The notes beneath the pieces are model-generated. The model was not told the DNA's origin. It was given only the letters and a program-made list of their open reading frames with translations, and searched no databases. Shown here one piece after another: positions 43,301 to 53,595 of a DNA stretch of 64,000 nucleotides; the stretch's first letter is position 1, and each line of letters begins with the position of its first letter. Both the position numbers and the translations under genes were made by a program. Source of the stretch: Bacilli bacterium (lineage in GTDB: Bacteria > Bacillota_I > Bacilli_A > RF39 > UBA660); NCBI GenBank assembly GCA_017626405.1, contig JAGAIS010000006.1:7100-71099 (forward strand). The letters run 5' to 3'.

Positions 43301-45019
43301 ATGGCCATTTCTAACGAAGAAATTAAAAATATCCAAAACTCTGCTAATATTGCTGAAATAATAAGCTCATATATCAGCCTTGAAAAAAAAGGGAAAAATT
43401 TTTTTGGTGTCTGTCCTTTTCACGACGATCACAATCCATCTATGAGTGTAAATGTCGAAAAAGGAATATTTACATGTTTTGTGTGCCATAAAACTGGAAC
43501 AGTATTTACCTTCGTTCAAGATTATTTAAATATTTCATTTTTAGAAGCTGTAAAAGTAGTTGCTGATAAAATTGGAATTACTCTATCAGCAGGCTACAAG
43601 ACAGTAAGCAAATATGATAAACATTATGAAGCATTAGATTTGGCTATTAAATTTTATCAGAATAACTTGAAGAGTAGTGAAGGAGCACCTGCAAGAGAAT
43701 ATTTAAAAAATAGAGGTATTAGCGATGAAATAATCGATGAGTTCAATATTGGGTTTGCTCCGAAAAACTTTGATACGATAGTTAAACTTCTGACAAGCAA
43801 GGGGTTTGACGAAAATACTTTATTAGAAACAGGTTTGATCAATCGAAATAATACTCTCTATGATATTTTTCGAGATCGTATTACGTTCCCAATCCACAAT
43901 GCAAGAGGGAATCCTGTAGGCTTCTCAGCGCGTATTTATAAAGATGTCGATGAAGCTAAATATGTAAATACGAAAGAAACTGTCATATTTAAAAAAGGTG
44001 AAATACTATTCAATTATCATCGAGCACAGAATGAAGCTAGAAGATTAAAATATTTAGTAATAGTTGAAGGACAAATGGATGCTATAAGATTATATGCATC
44101 AGGTATAAAAAACGTCGTCGCTACAATGGGTACTGCACTAACTAGTTACCATGCAGAACTGCTCAAAAAGACAAATGTAAAAATCATTTTATGTATGGAT
44201 AATGATTCAGCGGGAGAAATGGCGACTTTAAAAAACGGGGAGATACTTGAAAATATCGGATGTGATTTAAGCGTCTTGAGAATATCCGATGCAAAAGACC
44301 CGGATGAATATATTTTAAAACATTCTAAAGAAGAATTTATTGATGCCATAAATCATGCAACAACATTCTTTGATTTCAAAATGAAATTACTCAAGAAAGA
44401 TAAGAATTTAAATAAAGTTGATGATGTGTCAAAATATATAAATCAAGTAATAAAAGAACTAAATAAGAGTAATGATGAGGTATTAATTGATCTAACTGTA
44501 AATAGATTAGTAGAAGAATTCAATATCGATAAAAATGTTTTGCTAAATAAGATTATCAAAGTGGAAACTCCTAAAATCGTAAAAGTAGAGAAAACTCCTA
44601 AGAAAAAACTATCAAAGAATCATCGATTAGCAGCAACATTGTTATATTATATGATGAATGATGTAAAATATATTAAATTATATGAGCAAGAATTATCATA
44701 TATACCAGACAGAAAGTATATGGATATTGCAAATGATATACTTGCATTTTATCTAAAATACAATTATATTAATATAGCAGATTTTATTACGAGCGAGATA
44801 GATAGCGATTATTATAGTGATGTACTAGAGATAATAGATTCCAACATAGATACAGAATTAATAGACAATGAGTATGTTGGAATAATTAATAAAATCAAAA
44901 TATGGATAGATGAAAATAAAATTGAAGAATTAAAAATTAAACTTCAAAATGTCACTGACATTAATGAAAAATTGAGTATTACTGACGAAATTGCCAGATT
45001 AAAGAAGAGGGAAGTGTAG
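43301..45019 (+). CDS. dnaG: DNA primase
   Basis: Zinc finger CPFH.D..PS......G.F.CF.C...G, a TOPRIM domain (VEG..D) and a C-terminal helicase-interaction region. dnaG-sigA order. Confidence 0.95.
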   Translation: MAISNEEIKNIQNSANIAEIISSYISLEKKGKNFFGVCPFHDDHNPSMSVNVEKGIFTCFVCHKTGTVFTFVQDYLNISFLEAVKVVADKIGITLSAGYKTVSKYDKHYEALDLAIKFYQNNLKSSEGAPAREYLKNRGISDEIIDEFNIGFAPKNFDTIVKLLTSKGFDENTLLETGLINRNNTLYDIFRDRITFPIHNARGNPVGFSARIYKDVDEAKYVNTKETVIFKKGEILFNYHRAQNEARRLKYLVIVEGQMDAIRLYASGIKNVVATMGTALTSYHAELLKKTNVKIILCMDNDSAGEMATLKNGEILENIGCDLSVLRISDAKDPDEYILKHSKEEFIDAINHATTFFDFKMKLLKKDKNLNKVDDVSKYINQVIKELNKSNDEVLIDLTVNRLVEEFNIDKNVLLNKIIKVETPKIVKVEKTPKKKLSKNHRLAATLLYYMMNDVKYIKLYEQELSYIPDRKYMDIANDILAFYLKYNYINIADFITSEIDSDYYSDVLEIIDSNIDTELIDNEYVGIINKIKIWIDENKIEELKIKLQNVTDINEKLSITDEIARLKKREV

Positions 45020-45022
45020 GAA

Positions 45023-46339
45023 ATGGAAAAAGAAAAAGTATTAGAAAGTATAACAAAAAAATTAATTAAATTAGGGCAAAAAAATGGAACTATCGCGTTG
45101 GAAGAAATTACTAAGACAATTGGCGATGCTGACATTACTCAGGAAGATGTCGAAGAATTATACAAAAAATTAAATGATGAGGGAATTACTATTTCAACTG
45201 ATGATGTTAAGAACGAAGAAAATAATAGTAAAAAATCAAAAAAGGTTCATGAGGTAAAAACTCTAGATGAAAGGAAAAATGAATTAATTGAAGAGGGGAA
45301 GAAAAAAGGATATATAACATTTGAAGAATTAGCAAGTGCTTTAAGAGGACTAGATATGGATGCTGATTCATTAGATGAATTATATAATGCATTTGTAGAC
45401 GCTGGAATAAGTGTAATTACTGAAGAAGATGCTAATCAAGGCGGAAGCGGTAAAAAAATTGAAGAGGAAGTCGTTGTTTTAGATGATGAAGATTTAACTA
45501 AAGATGTAAATATTAACGATCCTGTTAGAATGTATTTAAAAGAAATTGGTAGAATATCTCTTTTAACTCCTGAAGAGGAAATGGATTTATCTGTAAGAGT
45601 TGCAAATGGTGAAGAGGAAGCAAGAAATATCTTAGCTGAATCTAATCTTCGACTTGTAGTATCAATTGCTAAAAGATATGTAGGTAGAGGTTTACTTTTC
45701 CTAGATTTAATTCAAGAGGGAAATATTGGACTAATGAAAGCGGTAGAAAAATTTGATTTTGGAAAAGGATACAAATTTTCTACATATGCTACTTGGTGGA
45801 TTCGTCAAGCAATAACTCGTGCACTAGCTGATCAAGCGAGAACTATTCGTGTTCCTGTTCATATGGTAGAAACTATTAATAAGATGGCTCGTATTCAAAG
45901 ACAAATGACACTAGAATTAAATCGTGAGCCTAGTGATGAGGAACTTGCAAAGAAAATGGGTATCTCTGTAGATAAAGTACGTGAAGTTATTAAAATTAGT
46001 CAAGATCCAGTATCTTTAGAGACTCCAATTGGTGAGGAAGACGATTCACATTTAGGCGATTTTATTAAAGACGAATCTAGTCTTTCTCCTGAAGAATATG
46101 CAACAAACGAAATACTTAAAGAAGAGATTAAATCTGTACTTTCTACACTTCAGCCAAGAGAACAACAAGTATTGGAACTTCGCTTTGGTCTTATTGATGG
46201 AACAAGCTATACTTTAGAAGAAGTAGGAAAGAGATTCAATGTTACTCGTGAACGTATTAGACAAATTGAAGCTAAGGCATTAAGAAAATTGCGCCACCCA
46301 TCTCGCGCTAAGAAATTAAAAGACTTCATGGTTGATTAA
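45023..46339 (+). CDS. sigA: primary RNA polymerase sigma factor
   Basis: Acidic region 1, [41 protein letters not shown]...[18 protein letters not shown], and region 4 [26 protein letters not shown]. Confidence 0.95.
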   Translation: MEKEKVLESITKKLIKLGQKNGTIALEEITKTIGDADITQEDVEELYKKLNDEGITISTDDVKNEENNSKKSKKVHEVKTLDERKNELIEEGKKKGYITFEELASALRGLDMDADSLDELYNAFVDAGISVITEEDANQGGSGKKIEEEVVVLDDEDLTKDVNINDPVRMYLKEIGRISLLTPEEEMDLSVRVANGEEEARNILAESNLRLVVSIAKRYVGRGLLFLDLIQEGNIGLMKAVEKFDFGKGYKFSTYATWWIRQAITRALADQARTIRVPVHMVETINKMARIQRQMTLELNREPSDEELAKKMGISVDKVREVIKISQDPVSLETPIGEEDDSHLGDFIKDESSLSPEEYATNEILKEEIKSVLSTLQPREQQVLELRFGLIDGTSYTLEEVGKRFNVTRERIRQIEAKALRKLRHPSRAKKLKDFMVD

Positions 46340-46340
46340 T

Positions 46341-46997
46341 ATGATTAGTAAAAGATTAAAAACTTTAGTTAAATATGTTGACGAAATTGATAATATAATG
46401 GATATTGGATGTGATCATGCTCTATTGGATATTTATTTAATAAAAAATAAATATACTGATAAAATTATTGCATCAGATATTCATGAAAACGCATTGAATG
46501 CAGGAATAGAAAATATTAAGAGAAATAATCTTGAAAGTAAGATCGACGCCAGATTAGGCGATGGTTTAGATGTATTGAGTGATGATGATACGATAAACAC
46601 TCTTCTAATTTCTGGAATGGGAACTAGTACTATATTAAAAATACTAGATAATGATAAAATAGAACGTATATATAAACTCATAATTCAATCCAATAATGAT
46701 CATGATATTTTAAGAAAAAAAGTCACTGATTTAGGATTCTATATTGATTCTGAAGAATATTTTCAAGATAATAACAAGAATTACATAAACATAGTATTTA
46801 AAAAAGGAAATAGATCATATACTAAAACTGAATTAAAATATGGACCTTTTTTAATCAATAATAAAGAATATTTAGAATTTGAATTATCAAAAATATATAA
46901 AATTTATAATCTAATTCCAAAACTAAAACTAAGATACCGTTTAGAGTTGAGATTAGAGATTATTAAACTAAATAAATATTTAAAAAAATGTAGTTAG
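46341..46997 (+). CDS. trmK: tRNA (adenine22-N1)-methyltransferase
   Basis: [13 protein letters not shown]......A.D......L......I.....L...I..RLGDGL. Lies downstream of sigA, as B. subtilis yqfN does. Start moved to ATG 46341. Confidence 0.8.
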   Translation: MISKRLKTLVKYVDEIDNIMDIGCDHALLDIYLIKNKYTDKIIASDIHENALNAGIENIKRNNLESKIDARLGDGLDVLSDDDTINTLLISGMGTSTILKILDNDKIERIYKLIIQSNNDHDILRKKVTDLGFYIDSEEYFQDNNKNYINIVFKKGNRSYTKTELKYGPFLINNKEYLEFELSKIYKIYNLIPKLKLRYRLELRLEIIKLNKYLKKCS

Positions 46998-47005
46998 GTG
47001 ATGAT

Positions 47006-48799
47006 ATGAATTTAGATCATATTAGAAATTTTAGCATTATTGCTCATATAGATCACGGCAAAAGTACTCTTGCTGATCGCATTCTTGAACTTACTGGCGC
47101 TGTAGATAAACACGATATGAAAAATCAGTTATTGGATAATATGGAGCTCGAAAGAGAACGTGGAATTACAATTAAATTAAATGCCGTAGAATTAAATTAT
47201 AAGTATAATAACGAAGACTATATTTTGCATTTAATAGATACTCCAGGACATGTTGACTTTTCTTATGAGGTTTCAAGAAGTTTAGCAGCATGCGAAGGGG
47301 CAATTTTACTCGTTGATGCAGCTCAAGGAATTGAAGCCCAAACACTAGCTAACCTTTATTTGGCAATAAATAATGATTTGACAATAATTCCCGTAATTAA
47401 TAAAATTGATTTACCCAATGCTGATGTTCCAAAAATTATTGATGAATTAGTTAATGTTTTAGGATTTAAAAAAGAAGAAATTTTATTGTGCAGTGGGAAA
47501 ACGGGAGTTGGAGTTAAAGAATTGTTAGATGCAATAGTTGAAAGAATTAAACCTCCAAAAGAAGAGGATACAACTACTAAAGCTCTTGTATTTGACTCAT
47601 ACTTTGACCCATATCGAGGAGTTATTGCTTCTGTATGTGTGAAATCTGGATCGATTAAGAAAAACGACACCATAAAATTTATGTCGACAGGAAAAGAATA
47701 TGAAGTAATAGAACTAGGTGTTAATACTCCAAAACCAAAAGAATTAAATTGTCTTTCTACTGGATCTGTTGGTTGGATTAATGCATCGATTAAAACTATT
47801 GATGAGTCTTGTGTAGGAGATACGATAACAACTAAGAAAAATGAGGCAGATAAACCTCTTTCTGGTTATCAACCGATGAAACCAATGGTATATTCAGGAT
47901 TGTTTCCAATCGAACCAAATAAATTTGAGGCATTAAAAGAGGCATTAGAAAAACTTAAACTAAATGATGCAGCACTTACCTTTGAACCTGAAACTAGCGA
48001 GGCTCTAGGTTTCGGTTTTAGATGTGGTTTTTTGGGACTATTACATATGGAAATAATTGAGGAAAGAATATCTCGTGAATTCAATATCGATATAATTCCT
48101 ACAAGTCCTTCGGTTATATACGAGGTTACCCTTACAAATGGTGAAGTTATTTCAGTTGATTCACCATCTAAAATGCCAGATAGAGCAAATATTAAGGAAA
48201 TTAAAGAACCATTTATAACAACTAGCATATTTGTTCCTCAAGAGTATATTGGTGCTATTATGGAACTATGTCAAGATAAACGTGGAATATACAAGAGTAT
48301 GGAATATATTAATGATACGCGAGTTAATATTCACTATGATTTACCTCTATCTGAGATTGTTTATGATTTTTTTGATCGATTAAAGTCCAGTACTAAAGGA
48401 TACGCTTCATTCGATTATGAAGTATGCGGAAATATTGCACAGGATTTAGTAAAAATGGATATATTAATAAATGGAGAAATAGTTGATGCTCTAAGTTTAA
48501 TAGTACATAAGGACTTTGCTTATCAAAGAGGAAAGAAGATAGTTGAAAATCTTAAAAATATTATTCCTAGACAATTATTTCAAGTTCCTATTCAGGCTAG
48601 TATAGGTTCTAAAGTAATTGCTCGTGAGAATATTAGTCAAATGCGCAAAAATGTACTTGCCAAATGTTATGGTGGAGATATCTCTCGTAAAAGAAAACTT
48701 CTAGAAAAACAAAAAGAAGGTAAAAAGAGAATGAAAATGGTGGGCTCGGTAGAAATACCGCCTGAAGCATTTTTAACTGTTCTAAAGACGGAAAAATAG
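47006..48799 (+). CDS. lepA: translation elongation factor 4
   Basis: [34 protein letters not shown], and the LepA C-terminal region ([25 protein letters not shown]). Confidence 0.95.
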   Translation: MNLDHIRNFSIIAHIDHGKSTLADRILELTGAVDKHDMKNQLLDNMELERERGITIKLNAVELNYKYNNEDYILHLIDTPGHVDFSYEVSRSLAACEGAILLVDAAQGIEAQTLANLYLAINNDLTIIPVINKIDLPNADVPKIIDELVNVLGFKKEEILLCSGKTGVGVKELLDAIVERIKPPKEEDTTTKALVFDSYFDPYRGVIASVCVKSGSIKKNDTIKFMSTGKEYEVIELGVNTPKPKELNCLSTGSVGWINASIKTIDESCVGDTITTKKNEADKPLSGYQPMKPMVYSGLFPIEPNKFEALKEALEKLKLNDAALTFEPETSEALGFGFRCGFLGLLHMEIIEERISREFNIDIIPTSPSVIYEVTLTNGEVISVDSPSKMPDRANIKEIKEPFITTSIFVPQEYIGAIMELCQDKRGIYKSMEYINDTRVNIHYDLPLSEIVYDFFDRLKSSTKGYASFDYEVCGNIAQDLVKMDILINGEIVDALSLIVHKDFAYQRGKKIVENLKNIIPRQLFQVPIQASIGSKVIARENISQMRKNVLAKCYGGDISRKRKLLEKQKEGKKRMKMVGSVEIPPEAFLTVLKTEK

Positions 48800-48805
48800 A
48801 TATTA

Positions 48806-48871
48806 AAACAATATAAATTACGCAGTACTATAAACTAACTGATTAAAACAATTTATATTGTTTTTTTTTTT
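48806..48871 (+). terminator. long-loop hairpin plus T-run after lepA
   Basis: 14-bp arms aaacaatataaatt/aatttatattgttt separated by 30 nt, followed by T10. Confidence 0.45.
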
Positions 48872-48905
48872 GAATTATTATAAAATTTATTTATAAGGTG
48901 ATATT

Positions 48906-49988
48906 ATGGAGTCAGTTTATATTCATATACCTTTTTGCAAGCATATATGCTCTTATTGTGACTTTTCAAAAGTGCTTCATATTGATACTTTTGTCGATGA
49001 CTATTTGAGTAGTTTACAGAAAGAAATTGAAGACAGCTATGACGGTGAACGTATTAAAACTATTTATATTGGTGGAGGAACTCCTTCTTGTCTTACAAAA
49101 AAAGAGAGAATTAAATTATTTCGCATTTTAAGTATATTTAATCGTACACCGGACTGTGAGTATACTTTTGAGTGCAATCCCGATGATATCAACGAAGATT
49201 TGCTTGATGATATAGTAGAGGGTGGAGTAAATAGAATTAGCATAGGAATAGAGTCTTTTGATGAGGAAAATCTTAAGATACTAGAGAGAAATGTAACTTA
49301 TAAAGACATGGAAAATAAAATAAAAATGATTAAATTGAGGGGAATTGATAATATCAATCTCGATTTAATGTATGCAATACCAAAAGAAAAATTATCTACA
49401 GTAAAAAAAGACATAACTAAACTCATAAAGTTAGAACCAACACATATATCGACTTATTCGCTTATACTTGAGGGACATACTAAATTAAAGATAGATGGAG
49501 CATGCTATATAAATGAAGATTTAGATCGCAAGATGTATGATGCAATATGCAATATAATGAAACAAAATGGCTTTAATCACTATGAAGTTAGTAATTTTGC
49601 GCTTCCTGGATATGAATCAATTCACAACCTAAACTATTGGGATAATGGAGAGTATTACGGGTTTGGATTGGGAGCATCGGGAAATAAGGACGGATTTAGA
49701 TATACCAATACGAGAAATATTCACGAATATATAGCCGGAAACTATCGTGAAGAGGAAAATCTAATAACATATAAAGAACAAATGGATAATGAAATAATGT
49801 TGGGATTAAGAAAAATACAAGGTATTAATGTTATGACTTTCTATGATAGATATGGAAAGAGTATTCAAGATGTCTATCCCGTAAAAGAACTAATAGAATC
49901 AAAAGACTTAATATACAAAAACGGATACTTATATATTCCCAAGAATAAGATTTATATCATGAATGAAATACTAATTAAGTTATTATAG
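48906..49988 (+). CDS. hemW: radical SAM heme chaperone HemW (HemN-like, oxygen-independent CPO family)
   Basis: YIHIPFCKHICSYCDF (CxxxCxxC), GGGTPS, and an HemN C-terminal domain; lepA-hemW order. Confidence 0.85.
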   Translation: MESVYIHIPFCKHICSYCDFSKVLHIDTFVDDYLSSLQKEIEDSYDGERIKTIYIGGGTPSCLTKKERIKLFRILSIFNRTPDCEYTFECNPDDINEDLLDDIVEGGVNRISIGIESFDEENLKILERNVTYKDMENKIKMIKLRGIDNINLDLMYAIPKEKLSTVKKDITKLIKLEPTHISTYSLILEGHTKLKIDGACYINEDLDRKMYDAICNIMKQNGFNHYEVSNFALPGYESIHNLNYWDNGEYYGFGLGASGNKDGFRYTNTRNIHEYIAGNYREEENLITYKEQMDNEIMLGLRKIQGINVMTFYDRYGKSIQDVYPVKELIESKDLIYKNGYLYIPKNKIYIMNEILIKLL

Positions 49989-49990
49989 TA

Positions 49991-50019
49991 TTGAAAAAAA
50001 CATAAGTATTTGATAGAAT
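49991..50019 (+). promoter_or_regulatory. sigma-A-like promoter (TTGAAA-17-TGaTAGAAT)
   Basis: TTGAAA at 49991-49996 and TAGAAT at 50014-50019 with an upstream TG. Confidence 0.5.
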
Positions 50020-50044
50020 TTATATTAAGATAGAAGGGTAAAAA

Positions 50045-51604
50045 ATGAAAAGAAAATTAAGTATATTGATTATTTCAATATTTACATTATTATTATGGGG
50101 AAATAAGGTTGATGCTGCATCTTTAGCTTATGCATCGGATATGAAAAAAGATGGTAATACAACAGAAATTGGTGTTTTTTTACATGTTTCCTCAGGAGAA
50201 AACGTAACACAGGCAAAATTTGTATGTTCAACAGATAATGCTGAAGTAAAATGTGAAGTTAAAAAAAATGAAAACTATAAAAGGGCAACTATCCTATTTG
50301 ATGGAGGTATAATAAGCACTTTATCTGAAGAAGGGTTGCCTGATGGAGAAAATGAAGTAGTTAAAATAGTATTAACTAACGAATCTAGCAAAGCAGTTTC
50401 AGTAAAAGTTTCGTTAGATGGGTCCACTTATTCAACAAACGAAAGCCAAAAGAGTTATACTTTATCAGTAGATAAAAAATCGAGCGGTAATGCCTTAGCT
50501 TCTAGTGTTAAATTTAGCCAAGGAACAATGGTACCTGAATTTAATCCAAATGTTTTTGAATACACAGTATACAATATTCAAGATACCATTAATTCAGTTA
50601 TTGGAACTCACGAATGTCAAGACGCCAATACATGCGATTTCTCATGGAGTGGTGGTAAAAGTATATCTAATTTAAATAAGATATTTTTAAATATGGGAGA
50701 GAACAAAGTAACTCTTGAACTAACTAGTGAGAATGGTCAAAATAAACAGACGTATAACTTTACCATTATACGTGGAGAATCGGCATTCAATAGTTCAAAG
50801 CTTGCAACATTAAAAATTGGAAATTATATCTTAACACCAGCTTTTTCTAAAGATATATTTGAATACTCTGTAAATATTCCAAATAAAATAACTTCAATTG
50901 ATAATGAACTTTCGTATACTGCTGAAGATTTAAAAGCAAATATATCAATTGAAAAACCTGATAGTTTAGTTGTTGGTGAAAATATAATTAAAATTACAGT
51001 TGATAATGTTAATTCAGATGGAACTTCTACATATACAATTAAAGTCAATAGAATGTCTTTAGAAAGCATTGAAGTAACTAATTACAAAAATGGGATTGTT
51101 ACATATTTAGATAGCGAAGGTGTAAAATACGAATTAGCTGAAGATGAATTTAAAATGCAATATCCTGATGACTATATAAAAATTATTGATAATACTTACA
51201 AATTTGATGATAATGGTGAGAGAATTACTGATACTAATAAAGACGATGGCGAGATAGCAAAAGAAGAGAAGAAGGAAACAAAAAAAGATAATAAAGTACT
51301 TCTTATTGTATGTTTAGTAATTGTTGGGTTAATAATTATTATTGTCTCAGGAATCCTAATATTTAAGAAGAAACCTGAAAATAAAAACAATAAGAAAGAT
51401 AAAACTAATAAAGAAGATAAAACATCAGAAGAAGATTCAAAAGATGATGAAATTGATGAAACGGGAGTAGAGGAAGAAGCAATTAAACTAACAAGAGTTA
51501 CACCTCATAATGAAGATGATACAGTTGATATTGATGAAGCTCTATCAGATTTAATGAGTACTAAACAATATAATTTAGATGATTTAACAAAAAAAGAAGA
51601 ATAG
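50045..51604 (+). CDS. secreted, membrane-anchored protein with two cadherin-like beta-sandwich modules and a Lys/Asp/Glu-rich tail
   Basis: Signal peptide ...LLLWGNKVDA|AS. Modules ...F.P.VFEYTVY ... YNFTIIRG and L.TLKIGNY.L.P.F....FEYSV.IP ... YTIKVNR. TM VLLIVCLVIVGLIIIIVSGILIF, then a charged tail. Confidence 0.6.
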   Translation: MKRKLSILIISIFTLLLWGNKVDAASLAYASDMKKDGNTTEIGVFLHVSSGENVTQAKFVCSTDNAEVKCEVKKNENYKRATILFDGGIISTLSEEGLPDGENEVVKIVLTNESSKAVSVKVSLDGSTYSTNESQKSYTLSVDKKSSGNALASSVKFSQGTMVPEFNPNVFEYTVYNIQDTINSVIGTHECQDANTCDFSWSGGKSISNLNKIFLNMGENKVTLELTSENGQNKQTYNFTIIRGESAFNSSKLATLKIGNYILTPAFSKDIFEYSVNIPNKITSIDNELSYTAEDLKANISIEKPDSLVVGENIIKITVDNVNSDGTSTYTIKVNRMSLESIEVTNYKNGIVTYLDSEGVKYELAEDEFKMQYPDDYIKIIDNTYKFDDNGERITDTNKDDGEIAKEEKKETKKDNKVLLIVCLVIVGLIIIIVSGILIFKKKPENKNNKKDKTNKEDKTSEEDSKDDEIDETGVEEEAIKLTRVTPHNEDDTVDIDEALSDLMSTKQYNLDDLTKKEE

Positions 51605-51625
51605 TTGCTATTCTTCTTTTTTTGT
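51585..51625. terminator. perfect 19-bp inverted repeat acting as a bidirectional terminator between convergent genes
   Basis: aacaaaaaaagaagaatag-ttg-ctattcttctttttttgtt. The A/T runs give a U-tract on both strands. The arms contain both stop codons. Confidence 0.7.
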
Positions 51626-52492
51626 TAGAACATTTTGTTTATCGATTTCTAGTGTAGTGCCTTCGGGAACACTTAGTTTTGCATTTTCAGAAACGACTAA
51701 TTCTAAGTTATTAGTTTTTTCTATTGTAACCAATACATTACTATTATTTGAAGTGATAACCAAATTATCTATTGTCATTGTAATATCACTACCGTTATTG
51801 ATATATTCATAGTACATAGTATCTGTTACTTTACTTAATTGCATTTTTATATCTCCATTCCCTGAAGATGCACATACTCTTGATATCTTTAAATCAGGAG
51901 TTCTTACATTATAAATGTATTTATAAAAATCAGTATATTCAGAAGTTATAGTAACGGAAGCTGCATTTATTGCATGATTCTTTAATTGTTCAGCGAACTC
52001 CAAACTACTTTTAACATCTAGTAATTTTATTGTTAGATCTATTTCTGATAAATCATTATTTTTTAAATAATCAAATAATCCTTTAATATTTGTCGATTCA
52101 TTAATAGCAATCTCTAATTTTTCTAATTCATCGATACTCGATACAGTACTAAAATCAAAATTTTCATTAGGCATAGATATTGTTAAATCTCTAATGTCTA
52201 TATCTTCTAATCTTTCAAAATTAAATAAATTTGGATTGTTTAGAGTAAATCTATTATAATCATTTCCATACATTTCTAATAAATCGCGATATGTCTTAGC
52301 ATTAAATCCGTCTCTTTTCTCTTCATTAACAATCATAGAATCAGAAGAATCGATGTAATATGCTGTAATATCATCTGATTTATATTCGTTTTCAAAATTC
52401 CTTCCTTGGTCATTACCGCATCCTCCTAAAGAGATTGAAGATACGAGTAATCCTATTGTTCCATATACTTTCAAATTTTTAAAAATCCCCAT
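51608..52492 (-). CDS. hypothetical lipoprotein
   Basis: Start moved to ATG 52492 (GAGGTGA plus 6 nt). Signal plus lipobox MGIFKNLKVYGTIGLLVSSISLGG|C. No domain recognised. Confidence 0.55.
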   Translation of the reverse strand: MGIFKNLKVYGTIGLLVSSISLGGCGNDQGRNFENEYKSDDITAYYIDSSDSMIVNEEKRDGFNAKTYRDLLEMYGNDYNRFTLNNPNLFNFERLEDIDIRDLTISMPNENFDFSTVSSIDELEKLEIAINESTNIKGLFDYLKNNDLSEIDLTIKLLDVKSSLEFAEQLKNHAINAASVTITSEYTDFYKYIYNVRTPDLKISRVCASSGNGDIKMQLSKVTDTMYYEYINNGSDITMTIDNLVITSNNSNVLVTIEKTNNLELVVSENAKLSVPEGTTLEIDKQNVLTKKEE

Positions 52493-52585
52493 TAAATTCA
52501 CCTCAATATTGGTAGTTATGATAGCATAAAAGAAATTATCAGTCAATTATCACATAAAATATTCAAAAATATAGAAAATTAAGTC

Positions 52586-52614
52586 TTGCACTTAATTATT
52601 AATTGTATTATAAT
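52586..52614 (+). promoter_or_regulatory. sigma-A-like promoter of rpsU (TTGCAC-17-TATAAT)
   Basis: TTGCAC at 52586-52591 and TATAAT at 52609-52614. The ORF-track start at 52603 lies inside this promoter. Confidence 0.55.
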
Positions 52615-52644
52615 ACTATTGAACTTGAGAGGAGGGAAGCAATA

Positions 52645-52839
52645 ATGACTACCGTTGAAGTTAAAAATGGCGATGTAAACAGCGCTTTAAAAAGATTAAA
52701 AGTTAAAGTAGCTAAAAGTGGTGTCCCTTCTGAACTTAAAAAACACAAACACTACGACAAACCAGGAGTAAGAAGACGTGAGGAAAAGAAAGAAATGATA
52801 AAGAACTCACACAGAAGAAATAAGAGAAGAGGTAACTAA
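52645..52839 (+). CDS. rpsU: 30S ribosomal protein S21
   Basis: MTTVEVKNGDVNSALKRLK.......V..E.KKH..Y.KPG.RR. GAGGAGGG SD. Start moved to ATG 52645. Confidence 0.9.
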   Translation: MTTVEVKNGDVNSALKRLKVKVAKSGVPSELKKHKHYDKPGVRRREEKKEMIKNSHRRNKRRGN

Positions 52840-52870
52840 TCTCTTTTTTAATTAGAAAGAAGAATTTAAA

Positions 52871-53308
52871 ATGTTTGATAAGGTAAAAAAAGATTTAATT
52901 GAAGCAATGAAGAGTCAAGATAAATTTAAACTTGATTGCATAAGAATGCTTAAGAGTGCAATCCAAAATGAAACTATAAGCGCAATGCATGAACTATCTG
53001 ATGATGAAGTAATTGCAGTTATCAAAAGAGAAGTAAAAAAACGCGCATCATCTATTGAAGAATATAAAAAATATAACAAAATGGAAGTAGTAGAATCCCT
53101 AGAGAAAGAAATTGCGATACTAAATGTATATTTACCTGAAGAGTTAAACGATGATGAGTTAAATAGAGTAATTGATGAAACAATAACTGAATTAAATGCC
53201 TCATCAATGAAAGATATGGGAAATGTAATTAAAACTGTTGGATCAAAAGTTGGATCTAGAGCAGATATGTCAAAAGTATCAAAAATAGTTAAAGAAAAAT
53301 TAAATTAA
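52871..53308 (+). CDS. yqeY: GatB/YqeY-domain protein
   Basis: L..D...AMK..DK..L...R.L.SAI.N.E and MGNVIK.V......ADM..VS..VKE.L. Lies downstream of rpsU, as in B. subtilis. Confidence 0.85.
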   Translation: MFDKVKKDLIEAMKSQDKFKLDCIRMLKSAIQNETISAMHELSDDEVIAVIKREVKKRASSIEEYKKYNKMEVVESLEKEIAILNVYLPEELNDDELNRVIDETITELNASSMKDMGNVIKTVGSKVGSRADMSKVSKIVKEKLN

Positions 53309-53329
53309 CACCAACGAGGTGTTTTTTTT
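53307..53329 (+). terminator. rho-independent terminator after yqeY
   Basis: Stem aacacc/ggtgtt, loop aacga, then T8. Confidence 0.55.
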
Positions 53330-53361
53330 ATTTATAAATCATATCATTTAATGGTGATATC

Positions 53362-53595
53362 ATGATTGATATATTAAAATCTTACCTAAATAATGAGGAT
53401 TTCTATATAATAATTAATAAAGATGGATTGCTGATAAATAATTTTAACAAAATAATAGTGCTCGATGATAATAAATTAGTAATCTTAATTCAGGATAAAA
53501 AATATGTATTTAAAGGGAAAAATTTTAAAATCAAGAGAAGCATAGATAAATCATTAGAACTTACTTGTAAAATAGAAAGCATTGAATGTAAATGA
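53362..53595 (+). CDS. yqfC: YqfC-like sporulation protein
   Basis: 77 aa. The pattern I.N...I..L....L.I......V.KG.NF.I.......L.L..KIESIE resembles YqfC. Overlaps and precedes yqfD. Confidence 0.5.
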   Translation: MIDILKSYLNNEDFYIIINKDGLLINNFNKIIVLDDNKLVILIQDKKYVFKGKNFKIKRSIDKSLELTCKIESIECK

